Shown here piece after piece: positions 1 to 8,672 of a DNA stretch of 35,046 nucleotides. Every line of letters begins with the position of its first letter. Position 1 is the first letter of the stretch. Both the position numbers and the translations under genes were made by a program. The notes below the pieces were generated by a model. The model made no database searches. It saw nothing but the letters and a program-made list of their open reading frames with translations, and was not told where the DNA came from. Where the stretch lies: NCBI GenBank assembly GCA_031372065.1, contig JANMKN010000021.1:1-35046 (forward strand), written 5' to 3'. The stretch is from Abditibacteriaceae bacterium (GTDB taxonomy: Bacteria; Armatimonadota; Abditibacteriia; Abditibacteriales; Abditibacteriaceae).

Positions 1-711
1 GGCAAGGGCACGCGCATGAAAAGCGACTTTGCCAAAGTGCTGCATACGCTGGGTGGCAAACCGCTTATCGCGTGGGCGCTGGATGCGGTTGCGCCGCTCC
101 ATCCCAACCGCACGGTTGTGATTGTCGGTCATCAGGCCGAATCTGTGCAAAGTGCGGTCAACGAACGCTTTGCCAACATAGAATTCGCCTTGCAAAGCGA
201 AATGCTGGGCACGGGCGATGCCGTCAAGCGCGCCATGCCGCTACTCGAAGGTTTTGAGGGCGAAGTGATTGTCACCTGCGGCGATGTGCCGTTGCTCAAA
301 ACCGAAACGCTGCGCCGCCTGATTCAAACGCGCCGCGAAAATGATAGCGCCGCTTCAATGTTGGTGGCGCAAATTGATGAGCCGGGTTCTTACGGGCGCG
401 TTTTGTGCGACGAAGAAAATCGCGTTTTACAAATTGTCGAGGCCAAAGATGCCACGCCGGAAATTTTGGCGGTGCGCAATGTCAACGCGGGAACGTATTG
501 TTTCGATGCCAAAGCCTTGTGGCCGCAGTTGGCGCGTTTGACCAATAACAACAAATCGGGCGAGTATTATCTCACCGATGTGGTGGGCTTTTTAGCCAAC
601 GAGAATCAGCGTGTGGACGCCGTTTTCATCGGCGAACGCGAAATGACCGGCATAAATACGCGCGAGCAATTGGACGAACTCGAAGCGGAATTGCAAAGCG
701 AGGCGACATAG
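1..711 (+). CDS. glmU: GlmU-like N-acetylglucosamine-1-phosphate uridyltransferase, pyrophosphorylase domain only; 5' end lies outside the window
   Basis: Frame opens with GKGTRMKS..KVLH (end of the LAAGxGTRM motif). Also has CGDVPL, YGR, VEAKDA, NAGTY, NNNKSGEYYLTD and GINTREQL. Stops before the LbH acetyltransferase domain. Lies directly upstream of prs. Confidence 0.85.
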   Translation, partial: GKGTRMKSDFAKVLHTLGGKPLIAWALDAVAPLHPNRTVVIVGHQAESVQSAVNERFANIEFALQSEMLGTGDAVKRAMPLLEGFEGEVIVTCGDVPLLKTETLRRLIQTRRENDSAASMLVAQIDEPGSYGRVLCDEENRVLQIVEAKDATPEILAVRNVNAGTYCFDAKALWPQLARLTNNNKSGEYYLTDVVGFLANENQRVDAVFIGEREMTGINTREQLDELEAELQSEAT

Positions 712-833
712 GCCGCTGAACTTTGTTACGCCGATTTCATGGCGGATACTCGCGGATTGTTGATAGAAGTCAACCTCAATTTATCCGCGCTCATCAGCGC
801 CCGCAGGCCGCGTGACTAAGTTTAGCGGCCTAT
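708..833 (+). repeat. Long imperfect inverted repeat/hairpin filling the glmU-prs spacer
   Basis: ataggccgctgaactttgttacgc (708-731) pairs with gcgtgactaagtttagcggcctat (810-833). Inner pairs are cgcggat/atccgcg and gttgat/gtcaac. Confidence 0.75.
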
Positions 834-839
834 TAAAAA

Positions 840-1802
840 ATGACCCAAATCGCGCACGGCATGAAAATTTTCACGGGCAATTCCAACCCGCAGTTGGCGC
901 AGGCCATTGCGGGTCATTTGGGACAATCGCTGGGAGAAATGGTCATTACGCGCTTTGCCGATGGCGAAATGCGTTGCGCGATTGACGAAAGCATTCGCGG
1001 CTGCGATGTTTTCATTATTCAGCCGACCTGCGCGCCGGTCAACGAAACGTTGATGGAACTGCTTATCATGTGCGATGCCTTCAAACGCGCCAGTGCGCGA
1101 CGCATCGTGCCGATTATGCCGTATTTTGGTTATGCGCGGCAAGACAAAAAAGTGCGTGCCCGCGAGCCGATAACCGCCAAATTGGTCGCTGATATGCTGA
1201 CTTTGGGTGGGGCGGATCGCATTTTTGCTATTGATTTGCACGCCGGGCAAATTCAAGGCTTTTTCGATTGTCCGGTAGATCATTTGTATGCACAGCCGCT
1301 AATCGCGCAATATTTAAGGGGCAAGGGCATCGTCGGCGAGAAAGTGGCGGTGGTTTCGCCCGATGTCGGCGGCGTGCAGCGCGCCACCATTTTGGCCGAG
1401 CGTTTGGGCGCTGATTTGGCGATTGTTGCCAAGCGTCGTCCCGAACCGGGCAAAGTCAAGATCATTGATGTTATCGGCGATGTCGCAGGGCAAATTTGCG
1501 TGTTGACCGATGATATGATAGATTCCGGTGGCACGTTTGTCGCTGCCGCCGATGAACTGGCGCGGCGTGGCGCGAAGGAAATTTACGCCTGCGCCACACA
1601 TCCCGTTCTGAGTGGCGAAGCGATTCATCGCTTGCAAGATTCACAAATCAAGGAAATTATCGTGATGGATACGATTCCAATTCATCCCGAACGGCGTTTG
1701 CCGAAAATTACCATTTTGAGCGTCGCCAAAGTGTGCGCCGATGCCATTTTGCGAATTCATAATGATGATTCGGTCAGCACCATGTTCGACGGTCACGATT
1801 AA
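840..1802 (+). CDS. prs: Ribose-phosphate pyrophosphokinase
   Basis: RFADGE, PYFGYARQDKK, DLHAGQIQGFF, VSPDVGG, DDMIDSGGT motifs. Confidence 0.98.
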   Translation: MTQIAHGMKIFTGNSNPQLAQAIAGHLGQSLGEMVITRFADGEMRCAIDESIRGCDVFIIQPTCAPVNETLMELLIMCDAFKRASARRIVPIMPYFGYARQDKKVRAREPITAKLVADMLTLGGADRIFAIDLHAGQIQGFFDCPVDHLYAQPLIAQYLRGKGIVGEKVAVVSPDVGGVQRATILAERLGADLAIVAKRRPEPGKVKIIDVIGDVAGQICVLTDDMIDSGGTFVAAADELARRGAKEIYACATHPVLSGEAIHRLQDSQIKEIIVMDTIPIHPERRLPKITILSVAKVCADAILRIHNDDSVSTMFDGHD

Positions 1803-1844
1803 AAGTAAGCCCACAGGGCTTTTTCAAGGAGAAGTAGAAAAACC

Positions 1845-2507
1845 ATGTCAAGTTACGATCTCAAAGCGCAAAAGCGCACAGCAGACGGCAAAGGTGCCGC
1901 CAAAAAACTTCGCGCCAGTGGTCATGTGCCCGGCGTCGCCTACAGCAAGCAGGGAGCGCCTGAAACGCTGTCCATCAACGCCAAGGATTTGTGGGATGTC
2001 ACCACGCATCATCATTCGCACGGTTTATTGAACCTCAATTTTGATGATGGCTCAACGCTGCCAGTCATTATCAAATCCATCCAGCGCCATCCCGTATCGC
2101 ACAAGCCACAATCCATTGACTTTCTGCGCGTTTCGCTGACCGAAACCGTCGAAGCGACTGTGCCCATTGCTTTAATTGGTGAATCACAAAGCATGAAAGA
2201 CAATGATGGCATTCTGGTGCAGTCGCTGCATGAAATCCACGTCAAAGCGTTGCCCGGCGATTTGCCCGAAGCGATTGAAGTGGACATTTCCAATCTCGAA
2301 TTCAATGGCGCACCAATTCACGTCAGCGAAGTCGCCTTGCCCCAAGGTGTCACGGCGCTAACGGCTGGCGATACAGCCATTGCCGTTGTGAACCCGCCGG
2401 ATGTCGAGCCGATTGTTGAAGAGCCGATGGATCCGGCTGATGTCGAAGCCATCGAACAAGCCGAACGCGACGCCGACGAGCAGGACAAAGACGAAAACGG
2501 CAAGTAG
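1845..2507 (+). CDS. rplY: 50S ribosomal protein L25/Ctc (long form with acidic tail)
   Basis: AAKKLRASGHVPGVAY, IQRHPV, IDFLRV, LPEAIEVDIS; AGGAG RBS; prs-rplY-pth synteny. Confidence 0.95.
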   Translation: MSSYDLKAQKRTADGKGAAKKLRASGHVPGVAYSKQGAPETLSINAKDLWDVTTHHHSHGLLNLNFDDGSTLPVIIKSIQRHPVSHKPQSIDFLRVSLTETVEATVPIALIGESQSMKDNDGILVQSLHEIHVKALPGDLPEAIEVDISNLEFNGAPIHVSEVALPQGVTALTAGDTAIAVVNPPDVEPIVEEPMDPADVEAIEQAERDADEQDKDENGK

Positions 2508-2508
2508 A

Positions 2509-2591
2509 CAGTGAGCAGTAGGCAGTGGGCAGAATTCAGTAGGAATTTCGTAGCAAACTTCTGAATCCTGACTACTGCCCACTGACCACTC
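2509..2591. repeat. Inverted element made of 7-bp subrepeats (CAGTRGG-like) between rplY and pth
   Basis: Left arm: cagtgag cagtagg cagtggg cagaatt cagtagg. Right arm: acttctg aatcctg actactg cccactg accactc. Confidence 0.75.
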
Positions 2592-2597
2592 TTCTTC

Positions 2598-3245
2598 ATG
2601 TTTCTCATCGTTGGACTTGGCAATCCGGGCGCGCAATATGCGCGCACGCGGCACAACATCGGCTGGCTTGTGCTGGATGAATTGGCGCGCCGCTGGACAA
2701 TCCAACTTTCGCGCACCAATTGCGAAGCGAAAGTCGGCGGCGGAATCATCGGCGAACAGCGCGCGACGCTTGCCAAACCGCAAACTTTCATGAATTTGTC
2801 GGGCCGCAGCGTGGCGGCGTTGATGCGCTACCAAAACGTGCCGCGCGAGCGCATTATTGTCATTACCGACGACCTCAATTTGCCAGTCGGCAAGCTGCGT
2901 TTGCGTCCCAACGGCAGTCACGGCGGGCATAACGGCCTCAAATCCATCGCGCAGCATTTAGGCGGTGATCAATACGCGCGTTTGCGTTTTGGCGTTGGCG
3001 AACCGCCGCAAGTCGAACGTGAAGCAAGCGGCACTAAAGACTTTGTCTTGCGCCCGTTTTTAGCCGATGAAATGCCCGCCATCGAAGCCGCCATTTCGCG
3101 CGCCACAGATTGTATTGAGACTTTTGTGCGCGAAGGCGTGGAAATCGCCATGAACCGATTCAATGCTGAACCGTCAGCCCCCAAGACCGTAAAAACTGCT
3201 CCTCAGCGAGTGATTGCACACGGCAACGAAAAGGGAAATTCATGA
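2598..3245 (+). CDS. pth: Peptidyl-tRNA hydrolase
   Basis: LIVGLGNPG..YARTRHNIG, KPQTFMNLSG, DDLNLP, GGHNGLKSI, RLRFGVG. Confidence 0.97.
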   Translation: MFLIVGLGNPGAQYARTRHNIGWLVLDELARRWTIQLSRTNCEAKVGGGIIGEQRATLAKPQTFMNLSGRSVAALMRYQNVPRERIIVITDDLNLPVGKLRLRPNGSHGGHNGLKSIAQHLGGDQYARLRFGVGEPPQVEREASGTKDFVLRPFLADEMPAIEAAISRATDCIETFVREGVEIAMNRFNAEPSAPKTVKTAPQRVIAHGNEKGNS

Positions 3246-3703
3246 AACAAACGATTTACAAAGGGCTTATTTTGCTGCTGCTTGGCGCAGTTTTGGTGGG
3301 CACGCCCAGTGTCATAGCCAAATCCGCTAAAAAAACGCCCGCAAAAGCCAAAACCGCCGCGCCGAAATGGGGCACATCCTACAAAGACGCGCTGACGCAA
3401 GCCAAAAAAACCGGCAAGCCCATTTTAATTGACTTCAATGCGACATGGTGCGGCCCTTGTCACATGATGGAAGACGAAGTTTTCAAAACGGCGGGCTTCG
3501 CTGCCGAAGCCAAAAAATGGGTTTTGCTGAACGTTGATGTGGACAAACATCCCGACTTAGCCCAGCATTACAACGCGAGTTCATTGCCACTGTTAGTCAC
3601 TTTGAGTCCCAAAGGCAAAACGATTTCGAGCCAAGCGGGTTATGGTGGCTACGATTATGTCATGGACTGGGTTAAAAGTTCTTACAAAAAAGCCAAAAAG
3701 TAA
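3242..3703 (+). CDS. Exported thioredoxin-family protein
   Basis: N-terminal signal peptide, K/A-rich linker, DFNATWCGPC active site; ATGA overlap with pth. Confidence 0.88.
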   Translation: MKQTIYKGLILLLLGAVLVGTPSVIAKSAKKTPAKAKTAAPKWGTSYKDALTQAKKTGKPILIDFNATWCGPCHMMEDEVFKTAGFAAEAKKWVLLNVDVDKHPDLAQHYNASSLPLLVTLSPKGKTISSQAGYGGYDYVMDWVKSSYKKAKK

Positions 3704-3731
3704 GAAACATCGTGAAATTGCACTATACTTT

Positions 3732-3768
3732 AGCGGGCCAGGAAAAGAAGTTTTTCTGGCCCGCTTTT
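3732..3768 (+). terminator. Intrinsic terminator-like hairpin after the thioredoxin gene
   Basis: agcgggccaggaaaa-gaag-tttttctggcccgct followed by ttt. Confidence 0.6.
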
Positions 3769-3783
3769 GTATTGAGGTGCAAA

Positions 3784-4857
3784 ATGGATGTCTTAAAAGG
3801 CCGTGGCGCCGCCGAAAATCCGCCGAATCGTTTTGAAAAATTGTGGCTTGATTCGACCTGTGAAGGCGCGGGCGAGGGCGATTCGTGGCCCGATAACGAT
3901 GAAAAACCGGCGCCGCGCACGGAATTCTTTCGCGAGACGGCCAAAAGCATTCTGGCGCAGAACCAAAGCCCGGATATTGGCTTCGATACCTCGGTAAATC
4001 CGTATCGCGGCTGCGAACATGGCTGCATTTATTGCTATGCGCGCCCGACGCACGAATATCTTGGCTTTAGCGCCGGTCTGGATTTTGAAACCAAAATCAT
4101 CGTCAAGCACAACGCGCCGGAACTGCTGCGCAAAGAACTCTCGTCGCTGCGTTACAAACCGCGTTTGGTGGCGATGAGCGGCGTGACGGATTGTTATCAG
4201 CCCATCGAACGCGAACTATGCCTGACGCGCCGCTGCTTGGAAATTTTGGCCGATTTTCGTAACCCGGTGGGCATCGTCACGAAGAATCATCTCATCACGC
4301 GCGATGTGGACGTTTTACAAAAATTAGCCGCCTCTCAAGCGATTTCGGTTTGCATTTCGGTGACGACTTTGGACAAAGATTTGGCGAATAAAATGGAGCC
4401 ACGCGCCAGCGCGCCGCATAAACGACTGGAGGCCATTGAAACGCTCGCGCGAGCCGGAATTCCAGTTGGAGTTTTGGTTTGTCCAGTGATTCCCGGCCTG
4501 ACCGATCACGAAATTCCCGCCATTTTGCAAGCGGTTGCCCAAGCGGGCGCTTGTTTCGCGGGTTACAACATGATTCAATTGCCTTACGCGGTCAAAGACT
4601 TGTTCGACGAGTGGCTACAAGCGCATTTTCCCGAACGGCGCGATAAAGTCATCAGCAAAATTTGCGCGGTGCGCGGCGGCAAACTTTACGATGCCGATTT
4701 CGGGCAACGCATGACCGGACAAGGCGTTATCGCCGAGCAAGTGCGCTCGTTGTTTCGCATCGCGCGGCGCAAAGCAGGCATTCCCGAACAAGGCCCGCGT
4801 CTTTCCTCCGCCAACTTTCGCCGCCCCATTGCAGGACAACTGGAACTTTTCGATTGA
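3784..4857 (+). CDS. PA0069/Rv2578c-family radical SAM protein (spore photoproduct lyase-like)
   Basis: KGRGAAENPPNRFE, SVNPYRGCEHGCIYCYARPTHEYLG, SGVTDCYQP, C-terminal GQLELF. Start set at ATG 3784 instead of GTG 3712. Confidence 0.92.
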   Translation: MDVLKGRGAAENPPNRFEKLWLDSTCEGAGEGDSWPDNDEKPAPRTEFFRETAKSILAQNQSPDIGFDTSVNPYRGCEHGCIYCYARPTHEYLGFSAGLDFETKIIVKHNAPELLRKELSSLRYKPRLVAMSGVTDCYQPIERELCLTRRCLEILADFRNPVGIVTKNHLITRDVDVLQKLAASQAISVCISVTTLDKDLANKMEPRASAPHKRLEAIETLARAGIPVGVLVCPVIPGLTDHEIPAILQAVAQAGACFAGYNMIQLPYAVKDLFDEWLQAHFPERRDKVISKICAVRGGKLYDADFGQRMTGQGVIAEQVRSLFRIARRKAGIPEQGPRLSSANFRRPIAGQLELFD

Positions 4858-4869
4858 AATTCTGGATTA

Positions 4870-5520
4870 ATGAACCAAACTTTAGTCAAAATTTGCGGCA
4901 ACACCACGCTCGAAGACGCGCAAGTGGCGGTGCGTTGTGGCGCCGATTATGTGGGCGCCATTGTGGAATATCCGCCTTCGCCGCGTCACGTTTCGCTGGC
5001 CTCCGCGCGCGAAATTCGCCGAAATTTGCAAGAAAGCGCGGTAGGTTTTGTGGCGATCACAGTAAATTTATCGCTGGATGAATTGCGGCGCTTACACGAC
5101 CAAGTGCGGCCCGATGTTTTGCAGTTGCACGGCGATGAAACACCAGAATTAGTTGTCGCGCTGAAAAACGAAGGCTATCGAATTTGGAGTGCGGTTCACA
5201 CGGCGCAGCGTGCCGCGCAAATGCACGAGGCAGGCGCCGAGGCGATTTTAGTAGATGCCCGCGTGGCAACAGCGGGCGGCACAATTTACGGTGGCACAGG
5301 ACAGCGCAGCGACTGGATTTTAGCGCGCGATTTGATAAATCAAGGCGTGCGCGTCATTTTGGCGGGCGGTTTGGACGCGCAAAATGTAAAATCCGCGATT
5401 GAACAGGTTCGCCCTTGGATGCTGGATACCCTTAGCGGCGTTGAGGCACGAAAAGGCGTTAAAGACCCCGAAAAAGTCGCACAATTTATCGCGGCAGCAC
5501 GCGAAGACAGCGCGGCATGA
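4870..5520 (+). CDS. trpF: Phosphoribosylanthranilate isomerase
   Basis: VKICG, SPRHVS, QLHGDE, GGTG, ILAGGL, SGVE..KGVKD. Confidence 0.95.
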   Translation: MNQTLVKICGNTTLEDAQVAVRCGADYVGAIVEYPPSPRHVSLASAREIRRNLQESAVGFVAITVNLSLDELRRLHDQVRPDVLQLHGDETPELVVALKNEGYRIWSAVHTAQRAAQMHEAGAEAILVDARVATAGGTIYGGTGQRSDWILARDLINQGVRVILAGGLDAQNVKSAIEQVRPWMLDTLSGVEARKGVKDPEKVAQFIAAAREDSAA

Positions 5521-6185
5521 ATTGCCTTCTGGTTTTTGCCCGCGCGCCGCAACCGGGCAAAGTCAAAACGCGTTTGGCCGCGCATATTGGCGACGAAGCC
5601 GCCGCGCGCCTTTACGCCGCGATGCTGCAAGACACCTTAGCCGTTGCCGAAAACGCCGCGCGTGATGGCAAAGTAGAAGTCGTGGTCTCCTACACACCGT
5701 CCGACGCCTTCGCGCCGGGCGAATTTTCGCTGGCGAATTTCTGGCGCGGTGCAAAAATGCCGCAAATTGGCGCCGATTTAGGCGAAAAGATGCGTTTTGC
5801 CATCGCAAATGGCTTGGAGCAAGGGGCAGAGCGCGTGCTGATAATCGGTTCGGATTTGCCCGATTTGGAATCTGGGATTTTGTGCGAGGCGTTTGAAAAA
5901 TTGACGCATTACGACCTTGTTTTTGGCCCGGCGCAGGATGGCGGCTTTTATCTCATTGGCGCCCGCGCGCCGTTGCCGGACGATATTTTTGACGGCGTGC
6001 TATGGAGCCTCGCATCCACTTTGCAAAGCGTGCTGCACGTCGCGCGTGGCTTGAATCTGAGCGTCGCGCTTTTGCCGCAAGGCGCCGATATAGACGAATG
6101 GCGTGATGTGCAAAACTTCGTGGCAAATTCGCCAAGCAACGCGCCTCATTTTAAAGCCGCGCTGCGCATAATAAACACACGATAA
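5517..6185 (+). CDS. DUF2064/TIGR04282-family glycosyltransferase-like (CofC-like) protein
   Basis: [47 protein letters not shown] overlap with trpF. Confidence 0.88.
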   Translation: MNCLLVFARAPQPGKVKTRLAAHIGDEAAARLYAAMLQDTLAVAENAARDGKVEVVVSYTPSDAFAPGEFSLANFWRGAKMPQIGADLGEKMRFAIANGLEQGAERVLIIGSDLPDLESGILCEAFEKLTHYDLVFGPAQDGGFYLIGARAPLPDDIFDGVLWSLASTLQSVLHVARGLNLSVALLPQGADIDEWRDVQNFVANSPSNAPHFKAALRIINTR

Positions 6186-6225
6186 GCAATGGCACGCGCT
6201 GATTGTCACCACTGTCTTTCGATTT

Positions 6226-6257
6226 CTCTGTGTTCCTCTGCGTTCATCTGTGGTTAA
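6226..6257. repeat. Half element of about 9-bp subrepeats ending in TTAA
   Basis: ctctgtgttc ctctgcgttc atctgtggttaa upstream of hisF. Confidence 0.55.
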
Positions 6258-6267
6258 TTTAAATTCT

Positions 6268-7026
6268 ATGCCTGCCAAACGAATTATTCCTGCCTTAGAC
6301 ATCAACAACGGGCGCGTGGTGAAATGCGTCAAGTTTGAAAATATGCGCGATGCCGGCGATCCTGTCGAACGCGCCGCTTATTACGATCAAGCGGGCGCCG
6401 ATGAACTGGTGTTTCTCGACATCACGGCCTCGCACGAGCGGCGTGGCATCATCGCCGATTTAGCCGCGCAAGTCACCGAAGAAGCGTTTATTCCTTTCAC
6501 TGTCGGCGGCGGCTTAAAGCGCACCGATGAAATGTCGCAAGTGCTTTCGGCGGGCGCGGACAAGATTTTCATCAACACGGCGGCGTTTGAAAATCCCGAT
6601 TTAATCGCCGAAGGCGCCGATAAATTCGGCGTGCAATGTATTGTAGTGGCGATTGACGCCAAGCAGCGCGGCGAAAATTCGTGGGAGGTTTATCTGCACG
6701 GCGGGCGCACGCCAACCGGCAAAGATGCCGTCGAATGGGCACGCGAGGCCGAAAAACGCGGCGCGGGCGAAATTTTGCTGACTTCGATGGACGGCGACGG
6801 CACGCAAGCCGGTTACGATTTGGAACTGACGCGCGCTGTGGCCGAAGCCGTGAATATTCCCGTAATTGCCAGCGGCGGCGCGGGCAATGTCGATCACATT
6901 TACGATGCGCTAACTTACGGCAAAGCCGAAGCCGCGCTCGTCGCTTCGATTGTGCATTACGGCATTTACAGCATTCGCCAAATCAAAGAAGAACTCGCCG
7001 CACGCGGCGTGGAAGTGAGATTGTAA
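6268..7026 (+). CDS. hisF: Imidazole glycerol phosphate synthase cyclase subunit
   Basis: [53 protein letters not shown]. Confidence 0.97.
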   Translation: MPAKRIIPALDINNGRVVKCVKFENMRDAGDPVERAAYYDQAGADELVFLDITASHERRGIIADLAAQVTEEAFIPFTVGGGLKRTDEMSQVLSAGADKIFINTAAFENPDLIAEGADKFGVQCIVVAIDAKQRGENSWEVYLHGGRTPTGKDAVEWAREAEKRGAGEILLTSMDGDGTQAGYDLELTRAVAEAVNIPVIASGGAGNVDHIYDALTYGKAEAALVASIVHYGIYSIRQIKEELAARGVEVRL

Positions 7027-7034
7027 GGCAATTG

Positions 7035-7382
7035 ATGGGTGTAAAATACTTACCTGTATTTGCTTATGGCACACTGCAAGCCGATGGAGTTTCCGCATGG
7101 ATTCTCAAAGGCAAGTTAATGCGAGTTGCGCGAGCGTCCGCACGAGGCACGGTTCTATCAATAACCGCAGCCTATCCGACAGTCGTTTTCTCTAAAGGTG
7201 AGGAAATTATTGAAGGTGGACTATTGTGGATAGAGCCGGACTTGCATGAAGAAACAATTCGAGTGTTAGATCACTATGAGGGCCACCCTAATCTATTCAA
7301 AAGGATCAAAATCATAGTGTCTTGTAGTGAAGGGGAAGTGGAGGCATATGTTTATGAGTGGAAACAACGAGACGTGGGTTGA
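7035..7382 (+). CDS. Gamma-glutamylcyclotransferase (AIG2-like) family protein
   Basis: VFAYGTL, YP, G, LDHYEG, F/Y-KR, AYVYEW motifs. Real start is probably ATG 7035. Confidence 0.85.
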   Translation: MGVKYLPVFAYGTLQADGVSAWILKGKLMRVARASARGTVLSITAAYPTVVFSKGEEIIEGGLLWIEPDLHEETIRVLDHYEGHPNLFKRIKIIVSCSEGEVEAYVYEWKQRDVG

Positions 7383-7902
7383 ATATCTCAATGCAGCACG
7401 TCGGAAGTTACACATAGCGAAATACCATCTGGGAAAACTGGAAGTATTGGTCCGACCCGACAACCATTCCCAAGAACAGATTGCAATCCAAGCACACTTT
7501 GAAGGAGTATTGTTCGCTGTTATCGCAGCCGCAGATCAAATCGCAGAAGCAATTAATCTGGCGCAGCGGTTGGGTCTAAAAAATCCCAATTTACGGTGTG
7601 CTTTGGATAACGTGGAACCGTCTGAAGTATTCGATAAATTTAGTAGATGGTGGAATGAACCAATCATCCGTGATGTGAGGAACATTCGTCGTTTAGCCAC
7701 ACACCACCACTATAAGAAAAAACCTCCCACAAACCATTCAGAATCCGGTGGTCTGGTATTAGAGGTGGAACAGCCACAAGGCTCATCTCTTTATCGTGGA
7801 TCGCGGGAGTTAACGGCTTATAGCCGCGCAGTCGTCGAGGCTGCGAAACGCCTTGAACCATTGTTGATAGACCTTGAACGGCAACTCAGCAAGGGTGATT
7901 AA
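7348..7902 (+). CDS. Hypothetical all-alpha protein, possible HEPN-superfamily (Cthe_2314-like) RNase
   Basis: Helical pattern, FEGVLF..AAADQIA segment, and RNIRRLATHH (R-x4-H) motif; AT-richer than neighbours. Confidence 0.5.
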   Translation: MFMSGNNETWVEYLNAARRKLHIAKYHLGKLEVLVRPDNHSQEQIAIQAHFEGVLFAVIAAADQIAEAINLAQRLGLKNPNLRCALDNVEPSEVFDKFSRWWNEPIIRDVRNIRRLATHHHYKKKPPTNHSESGGLVLEVEQPQGSSLYRGSRELTAYSRAVVEAAKRLEPLLIDLERQLSKGD

Positions 7903-7922
7903 TTCCACCAATAGGGAAATTT

Positions 7923-8309
7923 ATGTTTTACGACGAATTAAAATACGATGACAAGGGCTTGGTCTGCGGCGTGTTTCAAGACTGGCAGACGGGCGAAGTC
8001 TTGATGGTTTCATGGCTCAACCGCGACGCGGTAAAACAGACTTGGGAAACCAAGCGCACTCATGTTTTCCGCCGTTCGCGCGGTTATATCATGATGAAAG
8101 GCGAAGTTTCGGGCAATGTGCAAATCGTCCACGAAATGTTCGCCGATTGTGACCGCGATGCGCTCGTCATTAAAATCGAGCAAGTCGGCGGCGCGGCCTG
8201 CGCGCACGGCTATCGCAGTTGCTTTTTCGAGCGCGTCGAAGAAGACGGCAGCATGGTGACGCAAGGCGAGCCACTTTTCGACCCAGAAGCCGTTTACGGG
8301 AAAAAGTGA
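7923..8309 (+). CDS. hisI: Phosphoribosyl-AMP cyclohydrolase
   Basis: GL...QD..TGEVLM, RSR, KGEVSGN, DCDRDAL, C.HG.RSCF. Confidence 0.92.
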   Translation: MFYDELKYDDKGLVCGVFQDWQTGEVLMVSWLNRDAVKQTWETKRTHVFRRSRGYIMMKGEVSGNVQIVHEMFADCDRDALVIKIEQVGGAACAHGYRSCFFERVEEDGSMVTQGEPLFDPEAVYGKK

Positions 8310-8406
8310 ATTAAACACAAAGGCCACAAAGGTATCACAAAGAACACATAGAAAAATCAAACCTTTTGTATTTCTTTGTGCGCGCTTTGTGGCCTTTGTG
8401 TTTAAT
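8310..8406. repeat. MITE/REPIN-like inverted element with 22-bp perfect terminal IR made of CACAAAG subrepeats
   Basis: attaaacacaaaggccacaaag (8310-8331) / ctttgtggcctttgtgtttaat (8385-8406). Confidence 0.85.
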
Positions 8407-8414
8407 AATTCATA

Positions 8415-8672
8415 ATGGGCGACATCAAAAGCGCGAAGCTGATTATTTTCAAAGGTTTTTTGTTTCTCTTCGCGGGACTTTTGGCGGCGGGCGGATTGCT
8501 GCTGGAAAACTTTTCGTGGCGCATCGCGGCGCTTTTAGGCATTGCGATTTGGTCTTTTTGCCGCTTTTATTACTTCGCGTTCTACGTTATCGAAAAATAT
8601 GTTGACCCATCGTATAAATTTGCCGGTTTGGGTTCGTTTTTGCTGTATTGGTTCAAGAAAAAAGCACCATGA
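8415..8672 (+). CDS. Small hypothetical membrane protein
   Basis: 85 aa, two hydrophobic helices, YYFAFYVIEKYVDP segment; ATGA overlap with the next gene. Confidence 0.75.
   Translation: MGDIKSAKLIIFKGFLFLFAGLLAAGGLLLENFSWRIAALLGIAIWSFCRFYYFAFYVIEKYVDPSYKFAGLGSFLLYWFKKKAP

Noticed and set aside
822..2957. Antisense ORFs over prs, rplY and pth (and similar ones across the window)
   Set aside because: They are shadow frames of well-supported genes in GC-rich DNA and have no motifs.
3705..3783. LexA/SOS box upstream of the PA0069 radical SAM
   Set aside because: A TATACT -10-like hexamer is present, but there is no recognisable operator and the lineage's LexA motif is unknown to me.
6681..7034. 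Long N-terminal extension of the GGCT ORF
   Set aside because: It overlaps hisF in another frame; the domain starts after ATG 7035.
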